The notes beneath the pieces were generated by a model. The model searched no databases. It was not told the origin of the DNA and saw only the letters and a list, made by a program, of their open reading frames with translations. Positions 40,155-53,948 of a DNA stretch of 64,000 nucleotides are shown here, in pieces. Origin of the DNA: Octopus vulgaris (lineage: Eukaryota); the NCBI GenBank assembly GCA_951406725.2, contig OX597838.1, positions 43,276,001 through 43,340,000 on the forward strand, written 5' to 3'. Each line of letters opens with the position of its first letter. The stretch's first letter is position 1. The position numbers were made by a program, and so were the translations under genes.

Positions 40155-40832
40155 TTATTATTATTATTTATTGTCTTTGCACAGTTTCTAACGCTGGAGA
40201 AGTACTATGGTGCCAGCTGTTCACTCCCAGTGAACTAAGGTAGCACCCCTTATTTTTCAAGCACCATCCGGAGTATTCGAGCGGTTCCAAGCAGTGCTGT
40301 TTTCTGCATGTTCTCCACCCTTATTGCAGCCCCTATTTGTTCCATGTACTTCTCAAGATTTTTACTCACTGTTCCCAGGGCTCCGACAATTATTGGTGCT
40401 ACTACCACTTCTTTCAGTGACCACAACTGCTTAACCTCCCAAGCTAACCTGTCGTATCTATCGACTTTTCTTTTTTCCTTATCACACACCTTGTCAGCTA
40501 GACATGCTATATCTATGCTCCAGCATCGTTTGCTTTCTTTCTCAATTAACACTATGTCTGGCTTCCTATTCTCTATTTCATGGTCACACTGAATCATAAA
40601 ATCCCATAAGATCTTTGCATTACACTAATGCCTTCGAGTTTATATTTGTACCACTTTTTTGCTCTGTCAAGTCCATACTTGTTGCAATGTGTCCAAGGGA
40701 CAATTCTTTCTATGTTGTCATGACGTCTCTTATATTCTTTCTGGGCCAGTGGCATACATTCACTGGTAATATGCCATACATTCACTGGTAATATGCCATA
40801 CATTTTCACCATTTTGTCCACAGATTCTGCCT
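40155..40832 (-). mobile_element. 5'-truncated R4/Dong-like (RLE-type) LINE in (TAA)n
   Basis: HITSEC...YKRRHDNI, RKPDIVL...IDIAC, PIIVGALG, QKTALLGTARILR (restriction-like endonuclease region). TAA repeats on both sides. Confidence 0.85.
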
Positions 40833-40882
<50 letters not shown>

Positions 40883-41048
40883 CGATGATAATGATAATAA
40901 TGATAATAATACAAGTTTGCACCAAGGATCTTGCAAACCAAATACAAAAGTGACAAATTAATTTCATAAATTTCCATTTCTACAATATTTTAAATATTTC
41001 TTTTTTCTTATTGAATCCAATTTCTGATGTTTATTTTCTTCATTGCAG

Positions 41049-41271
41049 AGGCATCTGAGCACTTAATGCCAGCTGGGTCACTAACACCACCTGACAAAAT
41101 AAGTGGCGACTCGATTTCTATGGCAAACATCCGTCCACTTGGCATCAGTACGCTAACCAATACAATCAAGACCCCACCAAGTCCAATGCCTACTCCATCT
41201 CCACCAATCAATAGGATTACAGGTGATATTGATCATTCAGACTCAAGGATTACTCACCCGTTTTCTCGCAG
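41049..41271 (+). CDS. Su(H): Coding exon of Su(H)/RBPJ carrying Groucho-type motif GSLTPPDK and a Pro/Ser/Thr-rich stretch
   Basis: Acceptor TTTTCTTCATTGCAG| at 41048. Phase-1 start (G+AG=Glu) matches the 3806 donor. Translates EASEHLMPAGSLTPPDKISGDSISMANIRPLGISTLTNTIKTPPSPMPTPSPP...PFSR. Donor CAG|GTAAGA after 41271 (phase 2). Confidence 0.88.
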
Positions 41272-42697
41272 GTAAGAAATGTTACTTCTTAGTGATACAA
41301 TCGGTTCGGAATACCAAACTATAAACTAGTTACAACTGTGATCGACTGTCGGTCGTACTGTTCTATTTTGGTTCAGTGAGCTTGCAAAATGGCTAAGTCC
41401 ATCTTGGTGCAAAAGTTAAGAGTTTGTTGTGATATGTATTACATATTTTCTCAATTTGCAGTGTGAAGACAACATGGCTTAGTGGTTAGGGTGTTTAGCT
41501 CAGGATCATAAGGTTGAGAGTTCGATTCCTGGTGGCACATTGTCTCCTCGAGCAAGTCACTTTATTTCACTTTATTGCTCCAGTCCACTCAGCTGGCAAA
41601 AAAGAATTGTACCAGTAATTCACAAGGGCCAGTCTTGTCACATTCTGTGTCATACTGAATATCCCTGAGAACTACGTTAAGGGTACACATGTCTGTGGAG
41701 TACTCAGCCACTTGCACGTTAATTTCACGACCAGGCTGTTCCGTTGATTGGATCAACTGGAATACCTGTCATTGAAACCGATGGAGTACCAATTAGTGTA
41801 GAGTTCAAATCACAGTAACTGGTTCATGTGCCTTTGATGTAGCACTTAAAAAATGGTTTTTAAGATGCCTTTACCACCCCAAGAATTATGACATTTGTTA
41901 CCACTGTTGTTGTTGTTTAACCCAGGTCAGCCCTGATCCGAACCATGACCAAAGATGTTCCAACCCTAACCACCCCATTCTGTTTTTATACCAAGCACTG
42001 CATTAGTCAGCATTTTCTCTCTTTAGCCCTTTTGAAATCACTCTCCTTGGGACCACCCCTAGTCCCTTGATAAAGCCTTCCTATTTTAAAGTGATCTAAA
42101 TTTAAATTTTCCATCAGAATTTTGTGTTAAGTTCCAAACAATAACTTAAGCTTTTCTTTTCAATATTTCTGTTGAAAAATACCCTTAATTTCAATTTATT
42201 TCATTACTAAAGCAACTGAGATCTTTGGAGATATGCCATTCTTGATAAGACCTGTCAAGTCAAATGAGATTGTAGTTGTGGCAGATGCAAGTGTCCCATA
42301 AATGGCCCCTTTAAAAGCACCCTTCAATCATTGGGCGATATGCTGTGCTTGTGAAGACCTGTTGAACTGAGTGAATTTGTAGTCTGAGTGGCACCTGTTG
42401 CTGGTGGGACGTAAAGGGCACCATTCAAGCGTTGGGCCTCATGGAGGCAGTAACAGGTGACTATGACCTTTGGCGATATACCGTGCATATGTAGACCTTT
42501 CAAGTCAAGTGAGACCACAGTCACGGATGATGCTGGTGTCAGGTCAATGGCACCCATGCCAGTGGCACGTAAAGAACACCCACTACACTCTTGGAGTGGT
42601 TGGCATTAGGAAGGGTATCCAGCTTTAGAAACCTTGCCAGCTTACAAGTTTTCGGTCAAACCATCCAACCCATGCCAGCATGGAGAGCGGACATTAA

Positions 42698-42729
<32 letters not shown>

Positions 42730-44063
42730 AAAGGATATACTAAGATACGTTTGTCATCATTAAGCTGTTGTTTGAAACATAAATTAACATGAAATTTTAA
42801 TTAAAATCACTTTAAAACAACAAGTTTGTTCCATAGAAGCAAGGATGGTTTCAGAGGGGTCGGTGTGAAAAGGGTTAATAATGACAAAGGGATTTTACTA
42901 ATTTCTTAATTACTTTCAAGATTAACTTAAACAAAAGCAGTGTATTTCTACAGAAATTTGGTAATGAAATGTTTAAGATGGATTGGTGTAATCTGAGGGT
43001 GATTTAGTTGATATTTCTAGCAGGTTAAGTAACCACATATGGATCTTCTAGTTACCTCTTTGTTTTCCACAAGCAGCTAATCCTACAGCATTCAACCTTC
43101 ATTTCTAACCGTTAATCCCATTTTTATTAGATTGTATGCTGTTTTAATATTTATACTTCAAAGGGTGGCGCCAAACTGGCAGAATCCTTACCATGAAGGG
43201 CAAAGTGCTCAGTTGCATTTCATCTCTCTATGTTCTAAGTTCAAATTCTGCTGAGGTTGACTTTGCCTTTCATCCTTTCAGGATTGATAAAATATGTACA
43301 AGTTGAGCCCTAGGGGTCAATGTAACCAACTTACCCTCTCAACCCGAAAGTGCTGGCCTTGTGCCGAAATTTGAAACCAACATTTTAAAAGGCGACGAGT
43401 TGGCAGAAATGTTGTTACGTACCGAGTTCAAATTACGCTGAGGTTGACTTTGCTGTTCATCCTTTCGGGGTCGATAAATCAAGTACCAGTTATGCACTGG
43501 GGTTGATGTAATCAACTTAATCCTTTTGCCTGTCCTTGTTTGTCCCCTCTATGTTTAGCTCCTTGTGGGTGATAAAGAAACAAGAAATGTTTGCATACTT
43601 AGCTGTATTTCATTCATTTTCATGTCCTGAGTTCAAATTCCAATGAAATCATCTTTGCCTTTCATGCTTTTGGGTGTCATAAAATAAGTACCAGTTGCAT
43701 ACTGGATGTCAACGTAATCGACTTACCCTCTCCCCTGAGAGACTACTATAGTCTCAACCTTGTCAAAGCCTTGTGAGTGGATTTCATAGATGGAAACTGA
43801 AAGAAGCTTGTTGTGTGTGTGTGTGTTTATGTCTGTGTTTGTCCTTCACCACCCTCATAACTTAGTGGTTCAGCAAAAGACACCAATAGAATAAGTACTA
43901 GGCTTTACAAAAGCATAAGTACAGGGATCAATTTGTGCCCCAGCATGGCCACAGAATACTGACTGTGTGTAAAAGATATATATATATATATATAGCCTAA
44001 AGTAGCTGGTTTTAAAATCTCTTACTCTGCATGGAACAGCCACGCAAAAGTGGTAACAAACAT

Positions 44064-44094
<31 letters not shown>

Positions 44095-44122
44095 GATGCA
44101 TGCGTGAGTGTGTCTATGCATG

Positions 44123-44159
<37 letters not shown>

Positions 44160-44473
44160 TTTTTCTTTTTCTGAATGTGTATTTGATGGAGAATAAAGTT
44201 CTGTTGGAGACGCCAGACTTGAAGGGGGAAAATCTTTCAAGTATTCTGATAATGTCATAATAACCTTTGATGTTGTGGCTCTGTTGAAAGTTGATATAAG
44301 AACAATGCTGACGATGATGCAATTTCCCTGAATGAAATCCTCTGCCAGGCTGAGGGATTGAACTCAAAGCCTCATGGTTAGGCAGTAAACTTCTCTACCA
44401 TACAGCTATATGTGCGTGTGTTTGTATATATGTGTGTTTGTGTGTTTTTATGTATGTGTATGTGTGTATATAT

Positions 44474-44867
44474 ACTCTTTTACTCTTTTATTTGTTTCAG
44501 TCTTTGACTGTGGCCATGCTGGAGCACCACCTTTAGTCGAGCAAATCGACCCCGGGACTTATTCTTTGTAAGCCTAGTACTTATTCTATCGGTCTCTTTT
44601 GCCAAACCGCTAAGTGATGGGGACGTAAACACACCAGCATCGATTGTCAAGCAATGCTAGGGGGACAAACACAGACACACAAACACACACATATATATAT
44701 ATATACATATATACGACAGGCTTCTTCCAGCTTCCATCTACCAAATCCACTCACAAGGCATTGGTCGGCCCGGGGCTATAGCAGAAGACACTTGCCCAAG
44801 ATGCCACGCAGTGGGACTGAACCCAGAACCATGTGGTTGGTTAGCAAGCTACTTACCACACAGCCAC
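44474..44867 (-). mobile_element. Dominant SINE, inverted relative to 45151 copy
   Basis: Homology across head, body and tail. Confidence 0.85.
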
Positions 44868-45150
44868 ACATACATACATATACACACGTGTGTGTGTAGG
44901 TAATAACAATGTGTTATGATTTCTTCAGGAATACAAGCATCTCTGGCTAATAATGGATGCCATAGAAATTAATATTTACCAAAACATTATGTTAATGTGT
45001 GAGATTTGCATGTTCTGTCTTCTGTCCAACAGAGAAACGGCAGCACACACACACACAGCAGTAATGTCAGCTTAACGGTAAATAAATAAATTATAGCTGT
45101 TCATTGAATATGGAGCCACTTGCATTGTTGTTGCACTCTTTGGCACAATA

Positions 45151-45550
45151 GGTGCAGGAGTGGCTGTGTGGTAAGTAGCTTGCTTATGAACCACATAGTT
45201 CCAGGTTCAGTCCCACTGCATGGCACCTTGGGCAAGTGTCTTCTACTATAGCCTCGGGCCGACCAAAGCTTTGTGAGTGGATTTGGTTGACGGAAACTGA
45301 AAGAAGCCCATTGTATATATGTATATATATGTATATATGTATGTGTTTGTGTGCCTGTGTTTGTCCCCCCAACATCGCTTGACAACTGATGTTGGTGTGT
45401 TTACATCCCAGTAACTTAGCGATTCGGCAAAAGAGACCAATAGAATAAGTACTAGGCTTACAAAGAATAAGTCCTGGGGTTGATTAGGTCGACTAAAGGC
45501 AGTGCTCCAGCATGGTCACAGTCAAATGACTGAAACAAGTAAAAGAGTAA
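45151..45550 (+). mobile_element. Full-length copy of the dominant SINE (tRNA-like head, CORE-like GGCACCTTGGGCAAGT, internal TA/TG microsatellite, CR1-like tail)
   Basis: A-box-like TGGCTGTGTGG, B-box-like GGTTCAGTCCC, 3' GTGCTCCAGCATGG..CAGTCAAATGACTGAAACAAG(TAAAAGAG)n. Many homologues in the window. Confidence 0.85.
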
Positions 45551-48500
45551 TACCGAAAGTAAATGTTTGAAAGTTATTTTGTTTTTTTGTTTGTTTATTG
45601 ATAATTAAAATCTTTGGTAAGACCCTGTAGTTTGGAAACCTTAACCCATAAGTAATTTATAAATTTTAATTATGAGGTTAATTATGCTTAGAAGCTTATA
45701 TTTTCTTGATAAATAAAAAAAATTATCCTTCATCACCATTTTAACATTCACTTTTCCATTCTTGTATGGGTTGTGTTTGAGGCAGATTTTGCTATGGTTG
45801 GGTGCCCTTCCTGTTGCCAAAGCTTATCTTGTTTCCAAGCAAGGTAATATTTCCTCATGGCCAGACATGTTTATGGCAGAATATTGGAAATTTATGACAC
45901 TGCTTGTATGACAGTGACACTCATTTACAACTATCATATGATGCCAAGATAAGGAGAACACACATGCACACACGCACACACATACATGCATGTGCACATG
46001 CACACACACACATGCACATGATGGGCTTCTTTCAGTTTCCATCTACCAAATCTTCTCACAAAGCTTTGGTCAGTCTGAGGCTAATTTAGAAGACTCTTTC
46101 CCAAGGTGCCACTCAGTGGGATTGAGCCCAAAATCATGTGGTTGAGAAGCAAACTTCTTACCACACAGCCATACTTGTACCTCAAAATAAAATTTGAAGA
46201 AAGAGATATAATTAAATTTCAATATTTTTCTAAATTCTGCTATAAATTCCTGTTTCTTATTCGGTATAAAAGAAACCATCCAACAGATCTGAAGAACTGA
46301 CTGGAATTCTTACTGCTCCCCTTGTCCTCCTCCTCCTACTCATCACTTTCTCACCCCAACAAACCATCTTCTTCATTTCTTGCGTTTGAAATTCCATGTT
46401 CTTTAAATGATTTTCCAAGACTTTTGCTACAAAATTATGCAACAGAATCAATGTTTGTGAATGAATGACTAATTGTCTTGAAAGCATTCTGTCTTTAAAA
46501 ACCATCCTTTTTGTTCCACTGCAAAATAAGTATTGGTTTCTTAAGTTTTACATTGAAGGACTGAAACATGGACATTAATCTTTCTGGAGTCTCTGCAGTC
46601 ACAGTTGTATCTCATTCTCTTTTATTCTTTCACTTGATTCAGTCATTGGACTGTGACCATGCTGGGGCACCATCTTGATGGGTTCAGACAAAGAAATTGA
46701 CTCCGGCACTTTTTCTCTTGGAATCCTTAGTAGCAGACATCCACTGGACCTGCAATAAAGGCGCACAGCTCTGGATTTAGACTGAGTCTTAACATAAGCA
46801 ATTAGCTTGTTAGTTTGCATTGGAGTTTTAATCACAACTGAGTTGGGACTCGGCTGGTTTCAATGTATTTAGCCTTTCCTTCTTAGAATTTGAGTCTTTG
46901 ATCCACAAACGGAATGTTTTGGGAAAAGAAAAATCCAGCAGCATTTGTAGAGAGCTCCTTCAAATGTGTCAGCAGCTGACCGAATTTCTTCGGGTGCAGA
47001 TCCATGGTCTCCCGAGACCAGCTGATGCCTACTTGCTACACATCAACATCAAGCAGGACAAAATCTGCTGACTATAAATGGGACACTGGCACAGACCTTT
47101 GAAACTGGGACATAGGAAGCCCCCGTGTGTGAGTGTGTGTGTGTGTGTGTGTGTGTTGATTTGATAAATTAATCAGGAGACCTCCATCAATTACTTTGAC
47201 TCATCTTTTCTGCTTTTCAATCCTTTTATCTTTTTACTATCCGAGAGGCTGGGTTTTTTTCAAAGAGATTAATTTTTATAATTTTAGTTTTCCTTATTTT
47301 AAAGCAAATATCTTTTAGTTCCTCCTGTCTGCCAGATTCTTCTGGAAAGAGAATCTAAATCGTCAATTGCCAAGTCAAGAGGTTCACAAAATATTTAATA
47401 TTTCATTTTATTTTAAAATTATTCTAGAAATTGAATGAGCAACAATTGTAATCAGTTATTCAGACATATTTCTGAAAGATAAACTTACAAGGAAGGAAGC
47501 AAAAAAAAAAAAGAAAAAAAAAAGAGAGAAAAAAGAAGAAAAAGCACTGAAAATTTAATTTCAAGTAAAAAGGAAAAAGCATTAATTCGTTGAAATTATT
47601 TTTGTACGTCAAGAGTTATTCCCCTTAGACTTTAAAGCACTTTTAACCTCGCCATTTGTTAATTTTTTTTCTTTTTTCACTTCTGTTCGTTGAAATTTTA
47701 TTGTTAAAATGAACGTCGTAACTTTCCACTTGAAATAAATGAAGCAATCATTTCACTTTTGTACTAAATTAATTAAGTCATTATTAATGGTAGTTACTGT
47801 AACCAATAAGTTAGTTACGGTGGTGGATGTGTACTTGTACATTGTAGTCAAGCTACTCCAGTTAGTTTTGCATGAGCAGACACACGTTTTATTGCGAAGC
47901 ATTTCATAAAGAAGATGGAAAATCAAATTGTAACACAGCATAGAGTCTTTTTTTGAAGTATCAAGCAGCGTTGAGGGCAAACCGGTGAAGTTTCTAGTAG
48001 TTATTTGACCTGCTTTGGGTTAGAAAGCAGAGCTTTCTGAAATATTTCATATGTAAAATAGAAAATGTATTTCGTTTTTGGATTAGATTTGCAAGATTCT
48101 TTATATGAGTTCGTGTGTTGAAGCATATTCTGTTGTGTCTGGGGAGAGTCATTCTCTTTTAGTGCCTTATTATTTAACACACTCACCGGTAAAATTTCCA
48201 CTTATTTCTTATTTTTTTATTTTCTAAAATTTTCGTTCCGTCTCAGAGGGATTCAGTTAGATTTTATGCTCCTTCAAATCTAAAAAAAGCCCAATAAATC
48301 AAAAGAAGGCTTGATAATTTTAAAAGCACTCATTTGGATTCATCTCTGAATTAAAAGGGCCCTTAGTGCTTTGGACCCCTTATTAGCTAATACATAAATT
48401 AGGCTCTGGGTATTTTCCCCAAAACTTAAACTGATTTAAGGTTTTAAATATTAAAAAAATGTTTTTACGACTGGTTCCCCTGCAGCATTCAGAAGGTTAC

Positions 48501-48971
48501 TGAATTCCGTACAAACTTTCTCATTACTTTTGTGTGGCCCATAATTGAATCTTGTTAAGGGGTTTGTTGCAATGAACTTGCTGATATTTTGAGCAGGTCA
48601 ACTAGTTAGGGTCGAAGCTTTTCAACTTTTCAGAATTTTGTAATTTGATTAATTTTACTGTCTGCTAAAAACAGCAAAAATATGAAATATAAAATAAAAT
48701 AACAAAACATATGGTAACATACAAATGTAACCGATATCAATTACAAATGCATGATAACAGCCTACATACATACATGTGTGTGTGTGTGTGTGCATATATA
48801 TTCCCCTTATATGCACCTTGGGTAAACGTCTTCTATTATCACCTCAGGACAACTAATGCTTTATGAGTGAATTTAGTAGACTGAAATTTAAACAAGGCCA
48901 TGTTTTGTGTGTGTGTGTATGTGTGTGTGCGCGCGTGCGTGCATCTGTATGCCTGTGTGTGCACACATATG

Positions 48972-49004
<33 letters not shown>

Positions 49005-49130
49005 GTATATTTCTACTTGTATGTATCCATCTATGTATTTATATATCTCTCTACCTGTGTCCAGCTGCATTTGTGTGTGTGTATAAAAGAGGGAGAGATG
49101 AGAGGATATCAGAGACAGAAGATAGGTTTG

Positions 49131-49161
<31 letters not shown>

Positions 49162-50416
49162 CTATTAAATCCACAGTTTGTCTCCCAGACTCCATCACCA
49201 CCAGTTTTAACATCCATCCCCCCCCCATGCTTGTACACGTGGAACGGTCTTCTCCTGCTGCACTTTTTCATGTCCCATCTTTTGCCATTTCCTCTTCTAA
49301 CAACTTCAGATACATCTTCACCATTTCCTCCCAAGTCTACCTTGGTCTCCCTCTTTCATGCACCTCTTCTTTACCCACCTGTCCTCCTCCATATGCATCA
49401 TATACCAGCACCATCACAGTCTTCTTCCATACACACTACATCTGCTCCCTCTTGTTTTTTCTCCTCACCTCACCTGCACACCTGGTTGGTGTCCTTCATG
49501 GATTTTAATGGTCACACTCTGAATTTTCACTCCACATCTGGCCCCCCCACCCGACCCTTTTACTTTTATGCTTTTTGTTTTTTTGTTCCTTGCTTTCCTC
49601 CTTTCTATGCTTATATTTAGTAATTCAGCAACATAGTTTATACTGTTACTAATTAACCAATAGCTCATCATCATCATCATCATCATCATCATTGTTATCA
49701 TCATCATCATCGTCATTATCATTATCGTCATCATCACCATCATCATTGATGTTGTCCTCATCATCATCATTGTATTAACATCCACTTTTCCATGCTTGCA
49801 TGGGTTGGACGGAACTTACCAAGGCAGATTTTCCTATGGTCGGAATGCCTTTCCTGTTTCCAACCCTCACCTTTTTCCCTATGACCAGAACATGTTTCGG
49901 AAATGAAAGACCAATGCTTAGTGATATGTTGCCTATCTTTACATTCTGTGTTCAAATTCCACCAAGGTCAGTGTTGCCTTTTCACCCTTCCACAATCAAG
50001 AAAATAAGTACCAGTCAACCATTGGGGTTGATGTAACCAACTAAACCCCTCCCCTCATATTTTGGATCTCCTGCATTTAGCAGGAAGGATTATTATGTGT
50101 GTTGTAGAAAGAAGTTTGCTTCACAACCTCATGGCTCCTGGTTCAGTCCTGCTGCGTGGCACCTTGAGCAAGTGTCTTCTACTATAGCATTGGGTTAACC
50201 AAAGCCTTGTGAGTGGATTTGGTAGAAGGAAACTGAGCTAATGGCTGTGCTCCAGCATGGTTGCAGTCAAATGACTGAAACAAGTAAAAGAATAAAAGAA
50301 AGCCGAGTACTTATTCCATTGATCTCTTTTGCCAAAGTTACGGGGACGTAAACACACCAATATCGGTTCTGAAGTGATAGTTGGGCAGCAAACACAGACA
50401 CAAATATATACATACG

Positions 50417-50454
<38 letters not shown>

Positions 50455-50594
50455 TATATGATGGGCTTCTTTTAGTTTCTGTCTACCAAATCCATTCACA
50501 AGGCTTTGGTTGCTCAAGGTGCCATGCAGTTGGACTGAACCCAGAACCATGTGGTTGGGAAGCAAGCTTCTTACCACACAGCTACTCCTGCAGC

Positions 50595-50671
<77 letters not shown>

Positions 50672-50681
50672 TAAATAAATA

Positions 50682-50844
50682 GGGTTCAGCAAAGATTTGC
50701 TTTACCACATACCAAAGTTTAGAAATAGCAGCCAAAAAACGTTAGCTATTTCTTTTACTTTTTTTAATGTAGAAGAAATAGCTAACGTTTTTTGGCTGCT
50801 ATTTCTAAACTTCGGTATGTGGTAAAGCAAATCTTGCTGAACCC
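50682..50844. repeat. Near-perfect foldback, ~77-bp arms, 10-nt loop
   Basis: GGGTTCAGCAAAGATTTGCTTTACCACATACC.. and its reverse complement ending GCTGAACCC. Confidence 0.85.
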
Positions 50845-50915
50845 ATGAAATGGTCCTTTTCATGCCGAATTCTACTTAAATTATTGATTACTTAATTAAT
50901 TAATTTTACCCTTTG

Positions 50916-50963
<48 letters not shown>

Positions 50964-51319
50964 ATCTATCTATACACACACACACACACACACACATACA
51001 TACATACATACATACATACAGAGAGAGAGAGAGGGGGAGACATACAGGCAGACAGAGAGGAAGATAGGTGATGTGGTTATTAAGATTGATCTTAAATGCT
51101 TGAAGCTCACAAAGATGATCACAAAGAATTGTGACAAATGTTGTGATGCTTTGCTGGAGACAATATTCCTTCTGGCCGTGTGTTGTGGATCTGTGCAGGA
51201 ATTTGTATTTTGTGCGTTTTTTGTTTGTTTGTTTGTGTGCATCCATGGAGGGAAGCATCACTTGAATTTCTTCATTAAAAAGAATCTGATCTCATCTTGG
51301 AAATCCTGGGTGCGCAGTT

Positions 51320-51351
<32 letters not shown>

Positions 51352-51830
51352 GCTTTCTTTCTTTCTTGCTTTCTTTCTTTCTTTAATCTTCCCTCGTTGC
51401 AGAATATGTGATAAATGGAATCAAGCAAGTAACAACGCATCATAGACTTGGGAGCAGGGTACAGGGGTACAGGGGTACAGGGGTCTGTGTGGACCTCCTA
51501 AAATTTTGGTGGTGGGGCAGTGAAAATACTCCTGGGTTGGACCTGGATTTGCATCCCCTAAGCAAATCTCATTCCTGCACTTATGCAACGCATCACCTGA
51601 AATGACCCCTCTTCACTAATTATTGACATCCACCACACTCTGATCACTGACCTTTTTACTATCAGCTGTCAACCACCCCCTCCCCCCATTAATCGCTTCC
51701 CCTCTCCCTATCTCTCTCCACCACCATTACTCCTCCTACCACTCTTCTTCTTTCCTTCCCCTCTTCCCAGCCACCCTGTTTCTCCCTTCCACTCCTTGCA
51801 TACTCTCTATCTCTCCCTCCCTTCCTCTTT

Positions 51831-51966
51831 CTCTCACTCCCTTCCCTTTTACTGTGGTTCATTTTTTGACAATTGCTCTCCCTCCCTCTCCCTCTTTCCC
51901 CCCCCTCCCTCCCCCCCCCTCTCTCTCACTCCCTTCCCTTTTACTGTGGTTCATTTTTTGACAATT
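51831..51966. repeat. Local 44-bp direct duplication in a pyrimidine tract
   Basis: CTCTCACTCCCTTCCCTTTTACTGTGGTTCATTTTTTGACAATT at 51831 and 51923. Confidence 0.85.
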
Positions 51967-53905
51967 CCCCTCTTCTCTATCTTTCTCTCCCCCCTCTCCC
52001 ATCAGTTACATTTGCCCAGCACAAACAGAGACAGAAACCCTATTACCTCCAGTAAGGAGCCCCCCCCCCCTTCACCTCGCAACATAGAAGCTGACTTCAC
52101 AATTGTCAGTGGCAAAATAACAGCCATTACACTCTGTGAGAAAGGTGAACCAAATGCAAGGGAGACCAAATGCTTCCACTGACTTCTCTTGGAAGACAAG
52201 AAACTCTAAATCAGATTTGTCTCAGATGTGGTGACGTGGCTAACCCATCACATCCAGTCTTCCATGAAGAAGACCAGATATAAAAAACAATGGATGATGA
52301 CGATGGTATGTCATTGTCATCATCATTTAGCGTCCACTTTCCCTGCTGGCATGGGTTGGACAGTTTGACTGAGGACTGGTTCAGCTGGAGACCTGCACCA
52401 GGCTCCAGTCGGATTTGGTTTGATTTCCACGGCCGGATGCCTTTCTTAACAACAACCACTCCAACAGTGTAGTGGGGGTACCTTTTACATGTGTGTGTGT
52501 GGACAGGTGCGCGCACACACACACATACACGATGGGCTTCTTTCAGTTTCTGTCTACCAAATCCACTCACAAGGCTTTGGTCATCTCGAGGCTATAGCAG
52601 AAGACACTTGCCCAAGGTGCCATGCAGTGGGACTGAACCCGGAACCATGTGGTTGGGAAGCAAGCTATTTACTACATAGCCACCACTGCACCTATCATCA
52701 TCATTATTTAACGGACATTAAATGATGATGATAATGATATATAATGTATGTATGTGTGTGGTGTGTGTGTGTATATATATATATATATAGTAGAATATGA
52801 CATAGAAAATCCTTGGTATAGTATTATATATTTGAAAAGAAAAAAATGGATAGAAATGTCTTTCCTAATAATTTTCCCACTTTAAGAATTTGGAAAAATT
52901 ATCAGAAAAGCCATTTCTATCCATTTAAAAAAAATATATATACATATATATACATATATGTATATATATATATTTATATTTTTTTTCTCTATTCCATTTC
53001 ATGCTATGTTGCACATTTCTCCATTCTTAGACAGTCTTTGCTTCTGAACCCCTGAACCTGCCTGAAGCTGCCCCTAGTTCTACAGTACAAACCTCTGGTT
53101 TTAAAAGTAATCTAAATAAAATTCTCTACCAAAATTTCGGGTTTATTTACGTTCCAAACACCAGTTTAATCCTATCAGTTATTTGAGTAAATTTTTCATC
53201 ATTTCTAAAATTACTTGAAACGAAATGGGTTTATTTGAACAGAAATCTGCTAACGAAAGGGTTAACGAAGGCGTTTGCGCTGTTGCTGATTCCTTGTCCA
53301 TTTATGAAGACGTGGACACTGTTTGTTGTATGGAATACCTTAACGGCCCTCTCGATGAAGTATATCTTATTCAAAAGAGGGAGGGAGAGAGAGAAGGAAG
53401 GGTGAGTGGGGCAGGGGCGAGGTATTGCTTCCTGTTGTTGACTTGTACTTTTATTTGTTGAACCCTGGAAGGGTGAAAAATAAAGTTGGCCCAGCTGAGA
53501 TTTGAACTCAAAATGCAGAGAATTAGAACAGTTATACCTAGGCATTCTGTTTTGAGGCACTACTGGCTCCACTGTTTTGCCTCCTGTGTTTGTGTGTGTG
53601 CAGAATTAAAGATAATCTTTATTGATAGTTTCAATAAGCTTTTACAGAAAAACACACACAAACATAAGGCACGTGTGTGTGTGTGTGTGTTTTATTTCAC
53701 TGAAACTGGTTCAATTGGAGTCTTTTTATATTTAGTTTGCAATACAAAATATGAAAGTAGAGTTTCGCATTTTTTCTTATTCAAAAGTTTGTCCTACAAT
53801 CATTTTATATAATAAAATGAATGGTTTACCACTGGTAGAGGTGTCGAAACAATTGTTGGGATTAATAATAAATTCTCGTATACTTCATCTTCCGTCTTTC
53901 GTTTG

Positions 53906-53948
<43 letters not shown>

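Larger units (their letters stand above)
3807..41048 (+). other. ~37.2 kb phase-1 GT-AG intron (may contain alternative first exons)
   Basis: GT at 3807, AG at 41047-41048, phases compatible. No other convincing host coding exon seen between them. Confidence 0.7.

Noticed and set aside
10371-52142. Scattered CSL sites TGTGRGAA (10371, 18120, 22181, 36948, 52135) as an autoregulatory cluster
   Set aside because: Dispersed, no paired head-to-head arrangement, and the number is not obviously above chance for 64 kb.
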